A stretch of 64,000 bases of DNA from Phoronis australis (GCA_002633005.1 NMRA01000125.1:715566-779565), one strand, 5' to 3'. Counted from the stretch's first letter, positions 12,537-26,000 are shown. Made by a program: numbers and translations. The notes: generated by a model not told the origin, from the letters alone.

Positions 12537-14547
12537 TGATACGCCGTAAAATGTTACAATTTTGTAAAATGTAACAACTGTTACATAAGGTGTTGCTAGG
12601 CCTCTCCTAAAATGTAACAAGGTGTTACACTATACGCTGTTTTTACATTTCATGTCGAATGCACCTGCTAGAAATGTACCAGTGTTACATTTTACGAAAC
12701 TAACGTCTAGATCAAAGAAAACGACCAAAATCACGAACAAGTAGTATCTGACACGGCCGAGGGCACTCGAGTATTTTTATTGAGGAGTGCCGCCGAAAAA
12801 ATGAATACCTATCGTTTAGACAAAATATTGACCCATTTAGAGACTAATTTTGTGTACAAATTCACATTTTCACACATTTCTGTTTCGGAAATTCAGACAA
12901 GGCACCCTTTTAGACAATGGCACCATCTTGGAAAGCATTTTTTCGAAAAGACATCCTTCTGGGCGACACTTTTCGTAAACCTCTTCTACAGGAATGCCCT
13001 CCAGACTGACACGGCATAAGTTTGGCTACCCATTATCATTTTTATTACTATTATATTATTATTATTGCTCTTACTACCATTACTACTATTACTACTTACA
13101 CTACTATTACTCGTTATCGGTATCGTTATCATTATTATTACTGATACAAAACGCGCACAATGTTGCGTGGAACGAGCCCCAGTATTCAGTGATTTAACTC
13201 AGTGATTTGAACTAGGTTTCATTGAAAGTGGGTTGTAAGGAACAAAAATGGGTAACGTCGCAGTCAGTGATGATTAATATGCGCTTTTTATGCGACGTAG
13301 CAAAACGTTTAATATACCAAAGGTCTTTATCTGTCTACAACCACGCGTGTTGTTGACAGCGAGCTGCAACACAAAAATGGCACCTCAGGGGGCACGTGGC
13401 TTTACGTCCATTAATACTAGACTATCCAATCTCTGTCTTTTTATATGTGCTTCGGACATAGGAACCTGGTTCTAGTTCCGACTAACGATCATTTAACAAA
13501 AACCAATTTTCATTGATTTTTATCTTAAAATATAATAGAAAGAGAAAGTGCATGTTTTTGAAGTCCGCAAGACCCCCAGTCAGCTTTTTTCCTACTGTTG
13601 CCCCTTTAAACTATCGAGCTAGACGCGGTATGAGCAAAATGACCGTGTTCTTTCAGAGTGGCAAAATATTTTTTATTTCACCACCTAGGCCTACCATTTT
13701 ACGCATACACGGCACGGTTTGATCAGTTGTTATCACCACTATTTCAGACAGGTTTGACATCATAGGAAGAATTATATTTCTTTCAGCGTTTAGCTCTTCA
13801 AAACACGTTCTACCAGAAACTGTCGTTCGTAACTGAGGTAGTAAACACAACCTGTCGGCATCAGAAACTTTGGTCTTGTCCCTTTCGTGAGGAGCATTAG
13901 CCATGACTCCAAAGCAATGAAACACTGGCTGAATTAAATCAAGCTATCGTGCATTAAAACGGGTGTTTTTCTATCAAATTGGCTTCCGAAATTGAATACG
14001 CTGTCGCTGTTTCTGTTTTGCTTACGGGTACCAAGGGAAGTGTGTTTACTGTAATGCCGGACACACAATTGGGTGTTACATCTGACCGCCCACAAAAGAT
14101 TGCAAGAACGCTTTAACAATAACAAACGTGTTACCTGATCATGGAAACTCCCTTCGCCTGAAATTGAAACTGTACGGGGTACATGTTTGACTATACCAAG
14201 AAAGTACCCAGATTAAAATACAATAGAAAGCACACACGGACACATCTATAAATTCGAGCTGGCACATTTGATAGAATTTAATTCAAATAATCCCAGAACG
14301 CGTTAAGTGTATGAACCGTTTTCCTCCATGTGGCAAATACCATGCAGCTCACAAAATATGACGTCGGTTTCGTAAAATGTAACTATGGTACATTTCTCGA
14401 CTGTGCATTCCACGTAAATTGTAGCAATTACATAAAATGTAACGACTTGTTACAATTTAGGAGAGGCCTAGCAACGCAAAATGTAACAATGACGTAAAAT
14501 GTTACAGTTGTTACATTTCACAAGTTTTTACATTTTACGGCGTATCA
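12537..14547. mobile_element. 2.0-kb non-autonomous DNA transposon with ~170-190-bp TIRs, TG...CA ends and probable 6-bp TSD
   Basis: Left TIR 12537-~12707 and right TIR ~14360-14547 align throughout (TGATACGCCGTAAAATGT; GTTGCTAGGCCTCTCCTAAA; AGAAATGTACCA; GTTACATTTTACGAAAC..ACGTC). TIRs are built of repeated AAAATGTAAC motifs. Flanks TGGCCC (12531-12536) and CGGCCC (14548-14553). Confidence 0.9.
13031..13141. repeat. Degenerate (TAT/TAC)n microsatellite inside the 2-kb element
   Basis: Run of TAT/TAC/CAT triplets; it produces the spurious Tyr-rich ORF 12994-13197. Confidence 0.85.
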
Positions 14548-15224
14548 CGGCCCCCTGTTGCGTTAACAATGCCTTCAATTTCTGTGCCGGAATCGTCTGA
14601 TTTTATATTTAGGTTTGCGTGTTTTACGTAAATGCACATGTCGTGTTAACATTCAAACTTAATCAGAGGTTTCGCAGACGCTAACCTTTTAACCTCCAAA
14701 AGGCCATAACTTGTTTTAAAGTGGGCGTTCTGGCTTGAAAGTTTACAAGTGAACTAGTGGTTTCCAGATTACATTAAACCGGTTTTACGATGCACCTACG
14801 CCAATAATTGCAATCGAATTTCAATCTATTTCTTTAGTCTAAGTATCATTTATAACGCAAAAGCTTTAGTTACCAACGTCAAAATTGCAGAAAATCAATT
14901 TATGTATTCATATTCTGCTTTGTGTCTTTATTAAGAGAAGCGGACTTCCGAGGATATAACTGCATCTATTTAGGAAGATGAATAAATTCTCAATAAGAGC
15001 AATGCACTGTATGTTTTCCACTTTTGACCAAACAACTGAAATTTAGTCTCAAGAAATGGTACTTAGAGTCTTGAAGACACCTCCATTCGTAGCACTGGTC
15101 TTAAAGCGACATTAAATCAGTGCTTTCTTTCACAAAGCAAATTTTGATATAGATAACTTTCCGTTATAAAACTGTTTTTCAGTTTAACTGACATCTCTGG
15201 CAAAAGGATACTTCTCCGGACCAA

Positions 15225-15472
15225 GGGCCCATTCCAAGAAAACTGACTTTACTAAGAATAAATCTTAAATTTCTGACAACTTCAAGACAAATTTTAAATT
15301 TGTCTCAAGACCGTTTCAAGAAAGAGATCTTAAGTTTGACTAAAGTTTTTGACTTATGTTTTGTGTTAAGTTTGACTATCTTACCGGATATGGAGGTTTC
15401 AAAGTTTGAAAGCTGAGACAAATCTTAGACTTAAATAAAAATGAACTTAACTCAATTTCTTGAAACCTGCCC
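15225..15472. mobile_element. PIF/Harbinger-like MITE with 3-bp TSD
   Basis: Ends GGGCCCATTCCAAGAAA / TTTCTTGAAACCTGCCC flanked by CAA on both sides; interior rich in CTTAAG/TCTTAA/AAGAC motifs. Similar isolated ends occur at about 18340, 23690, 31150 and 33756. Confidence 0.5.
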
Positions 15473-17068
15473 CAAGCTTTTAAAATTTAAAGTCAGGGTT
15501 GTGACCGCTTTAAATGATGGGAAGTCACACGGATGGATGACACTTAACTTCGTGATGCTTGACGTTGTCTTTTCTTAGAACGTTCTGAAAGCAAAATGAT
15601 TCAGGGTTGTGTAAGGGTAAACTATTATAGTGGTGCAATCAATAGTGGTAACTCGTGACATGGCTATATGAGGGCCAGTTTTCATACTGTTTTTCAACCC
15701 GTCCAAGAGTTAAAATGGCACATGCATTGATAAAACGTTGCTTAATGAGCCATACTCGACTATGGGAAATGAATGCCTTGTTATCATGGGGTTGCTCCAA
15801 CTGTGCGCTGCTGAAAAACTTCGTGCTAGTGGCGAGACAGTCATGGGAACGTCAATTAAAATAACAAAATTGTAACCAGTAAAAATTTCTCTGCATAATC
15901 TACGCGCTCCTTCTGCTTGGCCTTTCAGGAAATACGTCTACCGACACTAGGTTCGATCCTTGGCCACGTATTTTCAAACATCTTGATCCACATCCAGTTC
16001 CTATAATGTGTATATGGAAAACGTTCTTCAGGCAATGATTTAATATTGTACCACCACTCAATTTTGTACTGAAGCCAATGCGCAAATTTTCGTTAATGGA
16101 CATCAGATTGTTAAATTTCGGAGACAACCGTCATTCAAGGTACAGGACACGGATGTGTTGTCGTACGCATGACCGACAGTAGACGTCTAGCTGACGGCTG
16201 GCGGACGACTGCTGATAGCTGGTGATACCTTCTTTAGACGACTGATGCCTTGCTCCGGGTTTGGGCGGTACTCCTACAGAAGAGGCACATGGGACTTGCA
16301 GGCAGAGAGCTTGCCTTTTTCACCTGTGGGTGCCTTACAAAATCGAGCCTTTTGACTTCTGACAAAATTCGCCAGGAAAGGATGCATTTTCTGACAACAT
16401 TTCCAAAACGGTTCTCATGACTTCGAAGCTAAGCGTTCCCTTTGAATTATCTCCTACAAAACTCTGGTGTTTCTGGGACAAATCCCTTTCGAAAGAGTGA
16501 CTTTTTTGTAGAGTGTGTTATGTTAAATGGCTGGATATCCTGATTTTCCACCTCCTACAAAATGTAGTCGAGTACCACCCGTGCCTTTTGACGTCCTCCC
16601 GATGCCAGAAGCCGCCTCAGCTCGTTTGACAAAGTATTCGGTCGTATGGTCTGTAGTGTATTACGTTGTGCAAGTTAAGGTAAAATTCAGCACTGCTGTC
16701 CAACGGATCAATGATTGCACATGATATAGCCGCGAAAAATGGTCTAAAATTTACAAGTGATCCTAATTTTCCCCAACTCAAAAAGTCTCAGAATAAATCT
16801 GTAGTGACGATTTGCCGAGTCCAAATGCTGTGCAACTGAAGGAAGTCTTGAGTTAAATTGCCCGTTGAAATAACTGCCGTTAATCGCAATGTGACGAAAC
16901 CCGTGGTGTATTGCTTCGATTTTTTCCAGTTAAGTCGTTTCTTGAATAGGTTCAGAAAATATTGAAGATACTTGTGCAATACTCTAGGCTGTCACCGCCA
17001 TTTAGTGCATATTACATGTACATATGCGCGTGTCTAGGTCTATGGGCCCACACATGAAACAGGCTATA

Positions 17069-19063
17069 ACCTTCGGAACCCTTCGGGCATTTTCATAGTC
17101 TCAAATTTCCCCCTCGCTGGAGGTAACCGCGTGCAGACTTCAGTAATGTGACTTCCAAACGGGATTGGGTCTGCACACGCGCAGATAATGTTCACCTTCG
17201 TGGGAAAGTTTGATTCTACAAAATAACCTACAGCCGTAAGTGTTGCGAACGCTGAAGAAAATTTGAGGCTACGAAAATACCTGATGATGCGCGAATTATG
17301 GTCTACATGAGTACTTTTCATTGGGCCCACCCCGAGTATCAACGTACCTTCAAATTTGCTCTCGCGATGTTTCGTTTCTGCGCATGTGCGACCGCTATTC
17401 TTATCAGGGAGTCATACATGTACATGTACATGTACATATATGTAGGCAGGCTAGGGATTGAGCTCGCTGGTTCACTGCGTGCCGCTAGGTGGTCAGTAGC
17501 CAGCACCCAGGTATCACTTTGATTTTCCTCGGGAAATTTTTTTTACACCGGCGATTGTGATTGGCTAGTCGAATTCTCAAACGCAAACTAACTGGCATGA
17601 CTGATAGACATAAGTGTAAATGTGGCCTGTTCTACAGACAAATCGGTGGAGTTCCTGATTTTTCTGTGTTTATTTGATACTTAAAATTTATGTTGAGGAA
17701 ATGTGAATCCTAGAAATTGTGGTTGCGCCTTTTCGGAGTTCATCTTTCTGCGATCGATGACTTTTGTTAAGATACTGTCCTGCATTCATACAGTGTGAAT
17801 AACACACCGGTTAAATCGGCCAGATATGTGTTTATTGTACATGTATGTGCTTCAAGCACGCGGTTATTAAACATCACTGCAGAAACGAAATAGTTGCTGT
17901 TACGCCACTTGCATGACAAGGCTAAAAATCGTTCACAGTCCGCTATTTTTTCACGGTGTTGTAAAGCTAACCAATGACTGCTGAGGTTACATCAACCAAT
18001 GCTAAAGTGCCTGCCACTGCGTGATACCTGCGTGCTGGCTAGGTACGTAGGGAACCAGCGACGGGATTGAGATACGTAGCGCCCTCGTGTGATAACAGTG
18101 CCATCGCCATGACACCAGTAGACTGTAACACGAAGAGTACTGGCACTTGTCTTTTGCCTTTAGTCAAAAATTGTAAACAATTGTTTTTTGCCTTCGCGTT
18201 ACTCGGAAAGTTTTGTCTTCTGATAATTCGAGCACATTATGGATTGACAAATTTTCTGACTTTCAATCCAAGTTAGATTTCAGTGAAACAGGCCGAACAA
18301 TTTGTTGACAAAGGCTAAAATACTGTTCGAGAAATGGGCCCTAGGAATTGATGGTGTGTAGATGTCATTGCGCATTACCGAGTTCCTACATGTATGTATA
18401 CATTACAACAATCATGGGGTCTTCAACGTTTCTACCGGAAAGGAGAGTGGCACCGTTGTTAAATTGACTCTATCTTCTGCTGAACCATACTAGCGTTTAG
18501 TGGAGAGAAAAACATCGATATGTTCCAGTAGAACTTCATTCGGTCGGTACGCACACATTGGTTGAGTTCACAAATCAACATTTTCGACTACCCTGTTGCG
18601 AGTATTACACCGATCAATTTGCTACCATGAAGTGTAAGACAGTCGCCTTATGCAGGCGTTAAATAGTTACAGGGACTCCTTTCAGCGGAGCCTTTCACAG
18701 TGCACTCTTGAACAGTAAACGTACACCAATTCGTCGTTCGCTGTCTCGCTTAATTTGATTTTATATGCGAAAAAGACTGCTGAATTTGAAGTATATTCTT
18801 ACAATATAGCCAATGAGACACTGGATGAACATGTGCTTGCCGTTGAAAATGCCTTTGACTGAACCTACAGTAGTTAGGCATTGTGGATAACGCAAGGAAG
18901 AAAGTCGAGAACGAATTTTTAAACCTGCTAGGGCGAAGCCATGGTTTTTAGCAGTCTCTTGATGGAATTTATTTGGCGTTGACATTGAAGTCTACACCTG
19001 TGCTATTATGAACCTCGAAGGGAAATTTAAAGCTACGAAAATACCCGAAGTTTTCCGGCAGTA
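17069..19063. mobile_element. Old TIR element (GGGTATTTTCGTAGCCTCAAATTTCC family) enclosing a younger MITE
   Basis: Left CGGAACCCTTCGGGCATTTTCATAGTCTCAAATTTCCCCCTCG matches the reverse complement of 19015-19060 (CGGAAAACTTCGGGTATTTTCGTAGCTTTAAATTTCCCTTCG). Further internal copies of the motif at about 17258-17283 and 17332-17357. Confidence 0.55.
17463..18062 (+). mobile_element. ~600-bp MITE with hairpin-containing TIRs, copy 1 (flanking direct repeat GGGATTGAG)
   Basis: TIRs CTCGCTGGTTC...TAGCCAGCAC.CAGGTATCAC / GTGATACCTGCGTGCTGGCTAG...GAACCAGCGA; GGGATTGAG at 17454-17462 and 18063-18071; full-length homology to 46749-47328. Confidence 0.92.
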
Positions 19064-19081
19064 GTTCCCTTACTGAGTATC

Positions 19082-19462
19082 AATCTCAGACCGTTCAAAA
19101 CAAATTTATCCTGACTCATAGCTCGTGGTATAAAATGAAGTACTTGTAACTATTACGACTGTTCCTCTAAAATCCCACACAGCGCTACCAGGGCACGTCG
19201 AACTGGTAAATTTCCAAATGAAATAAATCATGGTAGCGGCGGTGAGTCTCCTTATTAAGAAAATTAAGAAANAATCTCAGACCGTTCAAAACAAATTTAT
19301 CCTGACTCATAGCTCGTGGTATAAAATGAAGTACTTGTAACTATTACGACTGTTCCTCTAAAATCCCACACAGCGCTACTAGGGCACGTCGAACTGGTAA
19401 ATTTCCAAATAAAATAAATCATGGTAGCGGCGGTGAATCTCCCTATTAAGAAAATTAAGAAA
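19082..19462. other. 190-bp direct duplication separated by a single N: probable unmerged contig overlap (two haplotypes)
   Basis: 19082-19271 and 19273-19462 are identical except for 4 substitutions and abut the N at 19272 exactly. Confidence 0.9.
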
Positions 19463-20189
19463 TCAATGAAGTCTTTTCGCACAAAACTCACGTGTAATTA
19501 GGAACGTTAACTCGCCGTATAAGGAAAAAAGCAAAATACAAAGGCTTCTACCATAAAACTAGAACGGCGCAGAGTAAGCTTGAACAATAGTTTAAAAGAG
19601 CACAGATCATCTCATAATGGCACTTCTTTGATTAAAGTGTCCCTTGATGCCGCTTTGTCGAAGTAAACAGTTTACCTTTACAAGCGCACTGTCTTCTGGT
19701 GTTATTTTGTCAAGCAAATGCGCACCACTGGCGCAAGTTTACTGTTGTAACTATTATCGTACAAACAACATTTGTCTTCGTATTTTGTAGCTAATACGGA
19801 AAGTTACAGGGGTTTATAAAGTCCGCCGAACGGACTACATGTACAGTGTATGTCTATATTGATAACTGTGACTGAATTATACATGTACATGTATGTGATT
19901 TACTTTTACTTTAACTTCAATTGTGGATAACATTTGGAAATGTGACCACCTGGCAATGCTCATACATGAGCTCCAGGAAATATGCTCAGGTGCAACGAAA
20001 AATGCTCCTCTTTCCCAAAAAACGTTATTTTATTCTTTGAGGTAATCAAATTACGGGCACTGACCGTTTAATTATGAATGCCTGTGCGGTGGCTAGAGCA
20101 TCAAATTAAATTGACCATACGGCGTGTTCCAGTTTAGAGTTTGTCGAAATTTCATTTGCGACTTCTAATAGATCGCCAACAAGAGTTAT

Positions 20190-20300
20190 AGGAAAGTATT
20201 CGACTCTGCTTTAACATGGTTGTGCCCTTGGGAAATTAGGACACCGTGCTTTCACTGAATTAGCCGAGAAATTGAAACCCCACCCGGAGCGTAAGCACCG
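20190..20300 (+). mobile_element. Possible highly decayed SINE fragment
   Basis: B-box-like TTCGACTC followed by GTTGTGCCCTTGGGAAA and CCACCCGGAGCGTAA, reminiscent of conserved SINE central domains. Confidence 0.25.
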
Positions 20301-22642
20301 TTAAAGGGACCCATCTGTTTGGAGATGTATACGTCACAGTTCCGCCGAGTTTCCCCGTAACACAATTTTTTAGGACTTTAAACGCCAGTGGATCATTTGA
20401 CGGAGAATTTAATCGGAAAAGCACCCTGAGGGAATCAGGCCATCAAAAGATCGACCATTTGAGCTACATGTACACGTTATGAACATGTATATGCCCTCTA
20501 CGCAAGTGTATCTGTAATTTTTCGATTGCAAAAGGAATTCGACTTAGTTTTCATTCTTGAAATTTACCAGAGTTAAGTATTTCCTATCAAGTGACCTTTT
20601 TGACACTTAGTGAATATAGGTTTACAAAATTGTGAGTGAGTTCATGCTCTACATACAAAATAACAGTACTTTGGTCTTGAAATATTTTCCTCAAATATCT
20701 TCTATGAAAAGAAAAAGAAATCAGATACGGGAATGGTGAACATACCAGACTGTTTTTTTCCGTTTTGAACTTACGCAACTCAGCTCATTGTCGTATCTGT
20801 ACCACGTAATCGTGACGTTATAGACGTCTTGATCACGTGTTACACTAACTTCTGGGCCCGTGGTCATAACAGTTACTGTATGCGCCTCTCAGGAATAATG
20901 ACGTCGCATGTTAATGTGGAACAATGCACCTGACGGGATGGAACAGTCAAACTTATCCAGTGGATAATTTTGATGATTTATGCAACTTACCCCTGGTTAC
21001 CATTTGTGCCAGTTAGTCCACATAATAGCCATCACTCATGGCCCATCCATTTTGTTCATTTCTGGGAACGCTTCAGATGCCCTAACAGTGCTTTAAACCA
21101 GATAAAATTCTAAATCGAAAATTTATTTTTGTATGTAACGGTTTTCTATTTCACACTGTTCAGAGTAATTACATGTATCTAACATTAATTCTGTCAAAAG
21201 TACTCTATTGAGTGAGTTTGAATGTTAGTCATTTCTTAGTGGTGAGATGTGATTTTTTATAGGAAATGGATGGTGCGAACGGCTTATAAACATTTGCACT
21301 TCGATTGGATGAAGGGTCACAAGTACGTCTAATTTAAGACATGGTCCTTGGCTACACCCGCTAACATGTGTATACTGTCAAATATACCACTGTTGTGCGC
21401 CAAAACCCCAACGTCGTGAAGTGTCTGTGAATGAAAGTAGTCGCATACGGTTCTTGTCAACTCGGCTCGATTTGAAGTTTTGTTATACATTGTACATATA
21501 CGAAAATAGCTTTCGTAGTGCGAAATAGTCGATTATATTTGGATTTACGAAAACAAGAAATCCAAACTAGATCACCCGCGTGGGTATGAATATCGTGTAC
21601 CTTGTAACTTGAAGATTCCTCGAACAGGTTGTGCCCTAATTTGTTGTATCCTTTATGTACATGTAAACACATAATCGTACACAACGGAATATCGAAAATG
21701 CAGATTTTGTATGTTGCAGTTTTATGGAAGGAATCGAATATACCCAATCGTATACGTTTATTCATAAGGGCATCCTGATACTTTTTTATGGAGTTCGAAA
21801 CAAAAACCGTTCAGAAAACCATTAGTAAAACGAGGTTTTCGTGAAAGTTAATCAAAGGTTGACACGCCATCGTAATTTTACGGTAACGTAGTTTTGTAAT
21901 TTCACGTAATTCAAATCAGCGAAACTTCTTCTCATGGGAATTTGGACGTTGTAAAGGGCTTAATTGAAGCGGCTTTGTCACGTCCCTGCTACTTTTTTCG
22001 CATAAGGTTTAGGAAACGCATGACTGAACCCAATTCATCGGTGATTACTAAACTGCCAGTATACACATTCTACTTTTAGCGGAGATCGCCTAAGTCGTAA
22101 TAATTATTGTAATTTCACGGGTTGCAGCATTTAATTTTTTTCTGAAAATCAGACAAATGAACGTGTATCCTAAGAGACCAGAGTGGAAATTAGAATGTCG
22201 CGACAAACAGACAGACAGCCTCCTCTTGGCACAGAGCAAATTACCCACCGACTAAACTGCAGAGGTTCGAACAATGTCACCCGACGTACACCTCGGGTGT
22301 TTTGGTAGCAACAAATTATCTCTTGCTGGTGATCAATATATACTCGTTTGCAAACTTCACTTTTACCATAACAGCAGATGGATTTAATCAAGAGAAGGTT
22401 GAAATTATGGCTAAACGCTGCTGATGTATATTATTAGGGGCGGAGAATTTGAACGATGAACGATTTCTTATTTCGCCTGTTTCTAGACATTCCTGCAATA
22501 CTTACGTTGGCATCCCCATGAAGTAGATTCGCTACGACACTTAAAAGTTTTATTACAAGGTATTTTTGCGAGATTTCTCGTTCCATGTCTTTTTAAGACC
22601 CAAAATTTGTTTTAGTTAACACCGAATATCATGCTAAGTCAA

Positions 22643-23083
22643 AGATGCTATGTCTCATTAAAACAGTGAATATTTAAATTTGCAGTTAGCGCCACCTTGT
22701 AACTTCCTGGAGAACTGTCTGTACAGGTATAATCAGGAAAAGAAACAACTTGTAAATAAAGTGCGGTTTAAAAACAACAACAACAACTGATACACTGAAA
22801 AACAAGTGGGAACATATAAAAACCCTAGTAATTTCAAATATTACGCAATCGTTATTTGATAGTGAAATGAACAAACCATAAAAAACTGTGTCTTGTTTTA
22901 TTAGGGTAACGATGACACATTTCCATACCCATTTACATAAAATAGTCTCGCAAAACGAGACTTTCGCGAGGCTATAATGGTAACTTAGGTTCCCAGATGG
23001 TTTCCGCCACAAGGGAGGATTCGGGGTTGTTTGTAAACTAGTACTTCATTTGCATATTCACAGTTTAATGAGACATAGCATCT
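22643..23083. mobile_element. Kolobok-like MITE (AG...CT ends, TTAA target)
   Basis: TIR AGATGCTATGTCTCATTAAA(A)C.GTGAATAT..AAAT of about 45 bp; flanks TCAA (22639-22642) and TTAA (23084-23087). Confidence 0.8.
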
Positions 23084-26000
23084 TTAAGACTGAAGACGAA
23101 TTAAAGCTCACAAAAATACCATCTCATGAACAAAAGTACGTTTTTGGTCTTCCTTCGATTTTAACTGACACAAATTAAATCGGGTAACATACAGTGTAGG
23201 TGAACACACAAATTTCGCTTTGGTTACTTGCTGCGAATTCACATAACTAAGCGAGGTGGTTTGTGGAATACGTTTCAATAATGATCTTGACCTTGAGACT
23301 CTAAACATTTTGGGGACAACTGGGATCTCTTAATGTGTGAAGACCCTGGTATGGTTGGAAAATTTCGTTTCACATGTGCCGGTGAGTGGCACTGCATTGT
23401 CTCTACGGTTTTTGTCGGCTCTCGAATCGAAAGCGGACGATTTTCAATGTCACATTGTTTATACACGTTAGACTTTGAACAAGATCAACGGAATTTGTTC
23501 TTCAAGAGTTTACACCAAACGTCCAATCTTAAACCTACTCCGTAGCAGGCTAACTTTCTGTCTTGCGTTAGACAAACTTCGGTCTTAATTTTGGTCATAA
23601 GAAATCCCATGAAACCCCGGGCTAAAACATTTTGGTCTCAAGTTAGCCTGCTTTCGGTCGAAGTTAAAACAGAACATGTTTCATGAAACGGGCACCTGTA
23701 ATTCTTTAAAGCCATGATTTTTAATATATAAATTATCTGGGAATGACAAACCTCGTATGGAGTGACGTCGGGTTAAAGCGTTACTGAATTCATGTTCATA
23801 AACTTAAAATTAATTAAGCGATGTTACCGATGAAAAGTTGTAGTTGACAACAACAGCCGTAGGTTTGCAATCAATAAACGGCTGTTATAACGTGTAACAT
23901 AGGTGTTTCCAGTTCTCGGCACACTTGCAATTAATGTGATTGCTAAACAGGGCATGTGTTTAATCGCTACCAACTACGTGTCCGTGTGTTGGCCCCGAAG
24001 TAGTGGGCGTGCATGGGTTGATAGCCGGTAGCTTTGGTGGTGATGCTTGATGACGCTGTTGTTTAGAACATGCTGTGACGTCATTTAGTGCTGTAATTTA
24101 TAATCACGTCCATATCGCACACGTGCCTTTGTGTAGTTCGAAGCGAAATCAAATGCAAATGTGAGCATTTTTTGTGCTTCGTTTTTTTCGAGTCACAAAG
24201 TTCTTACATACAGGTACGGCGTTAGGCTACTGTTCTTCATGACCGCCATTGAAATGCTGTAGAGCGCAAGGCTAGTTGCCGACGTGAAAGTGAAGTCGGT
24301 GCTCTCTTATCGACACGTGCATTCGAGTAGTTACGTTAGCAATGTGAAAAGGGAGAAAATACTCGTTGAAAAAGTATTCGGTAGGTCTGACTTGTTATAA
24401 GACTGATATCAAAGTCGCTAAATATCTAAACTACAATGTAACAGTGAGTGCAAACGCCCTCCATTTTTTGTTCGCACTCCAAACTTTGCAACTTAACTCG
24501 ACGTTTTGAAAAACATCCTGTCGAAAAAATCCGTTAAACGTTGCTCTAGCCGAATGACGTATTGGGATGCATTGGAACAGTTCAGTGGAAATTTCACAGA
24601 AGATTTGACACTTATACTGTTTACGTACTCAACAACTACGGTAAAAATTCGGAAATTTATAGATATTTTGAGCCTGTCCTAAATTTTGGAAGCAGGCAAT
24701 ATTGGCCGTCCGAAATTCGAAAAATGTGAGAAAGACCGGAAAATCGGCCGTGTCCGAAACCTTAGAAGTTATGGGAACGAGTGCCGACAACATTTTGGTT
24801 TGCTGTTTTAGACCGTTTTAACATCCCCGCAAATTCACACGATGTCCTCATAAACGTAAACAGCTATGTTACTGACTCTGAACACAATCGACTTACCAAA
24901 CTTTGTAATAGGAAATATATTTATTTGACTGATTATTCGTAATTATATCCATTGGTGCTCAACGTCTTCACATTAAACTGTTCGCACACCCAACAGACGA
25001 CGCAGCTGCTGTATAAGTAACACTGGATTGTTTCTGGGACAGCGAGTGCGAAATACTTATGTTTCACCTGTCACTCAAAGAGACCTTAGTGAAACACGCT
25101 CCCGTCAACGAGATTGTGAATAAGGTCCTCGTGGTATTAGCTGAACATTTTAGAAATGTTGCTTTATGCGACTGGTGTATATTCAATCAACAAAAGTTTG
25201 GAATTGTTATTCCGGAACGTGCAGTAGACCAGATCACAATTTCACTTCGGACTTGGTCCCGCAAAACACCACGCGCAAGTGATAGTTCAAGTAGCCGCTG
25301 CAAGAGCTCTTCGACGCTAATTATGCCTTATTATGAACGCAGTTCGTCCCGGTAATCAACAGTACGCCCTTGCAATCCTCTACTGCTGTTACTTATTGTA
25401 AATTTTATGTTTCGTATGTTCACTCCCGCCCGTTAGCGGTGCCGTCAGCTCGTTATAAGTTCAAGTACGTAGCTTTGCTGTCAATTTTTTTTCGCACTCC
25501 ACAGGTCGCATTTTTGTTGGATTTTCACAAAATTTTCATCTTTTATGCTAGTTTGCAGACTTAGATCTCCGCTTGGGCCTAGGTTTCATTTTACAACTCA
25601 CACGACAAAGACTGGGATGCGTGTGCAGTGGGGCTGCATCAATGTCGGGCAAATGCCCAGGGAGATTTCTCGACTTAGTCGACAGTTCATAGAAACTGGA
25701 TGTTCGTAAGCTGTGTTTTGACAGGGAAAACGAAACGAAGCAGTTATGCGAACGGTTACCTCGAGTTTCCTTGTGTATATTACGTTTTTTACGATCCGTG
25801 ACAGAGTAGCGGAGAATTTATTAGCCACTCAAAAACTACTTTGCTGAAAGTTTGACGATTAGTGGGGTTGTCATTTTCACGGTAGCAGTCTGTTGCAATA
25901 AAAACGAGACGCCGAAACGCACATTTCCAAGTCACGATCGTCAGCCGCGGACCGCCTGCGCGCTAACAACGGGACCAACCAGTATCGCAGTGCGATATCC

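Noticed and set aside
12537-12707. Regularly repeated short motifs resembling a CRISPR or iteron array
   Set aside because: About 10-bp units in both orientations, mirrored at 14360-14547; these are transposon subterminal repeats in eukaryotic DNA.
12994-13197. Tyr-rich ORF; likewise the His/Met-rich ORFs at 6888-7121
   Set aside because: Translations of microsatellites.
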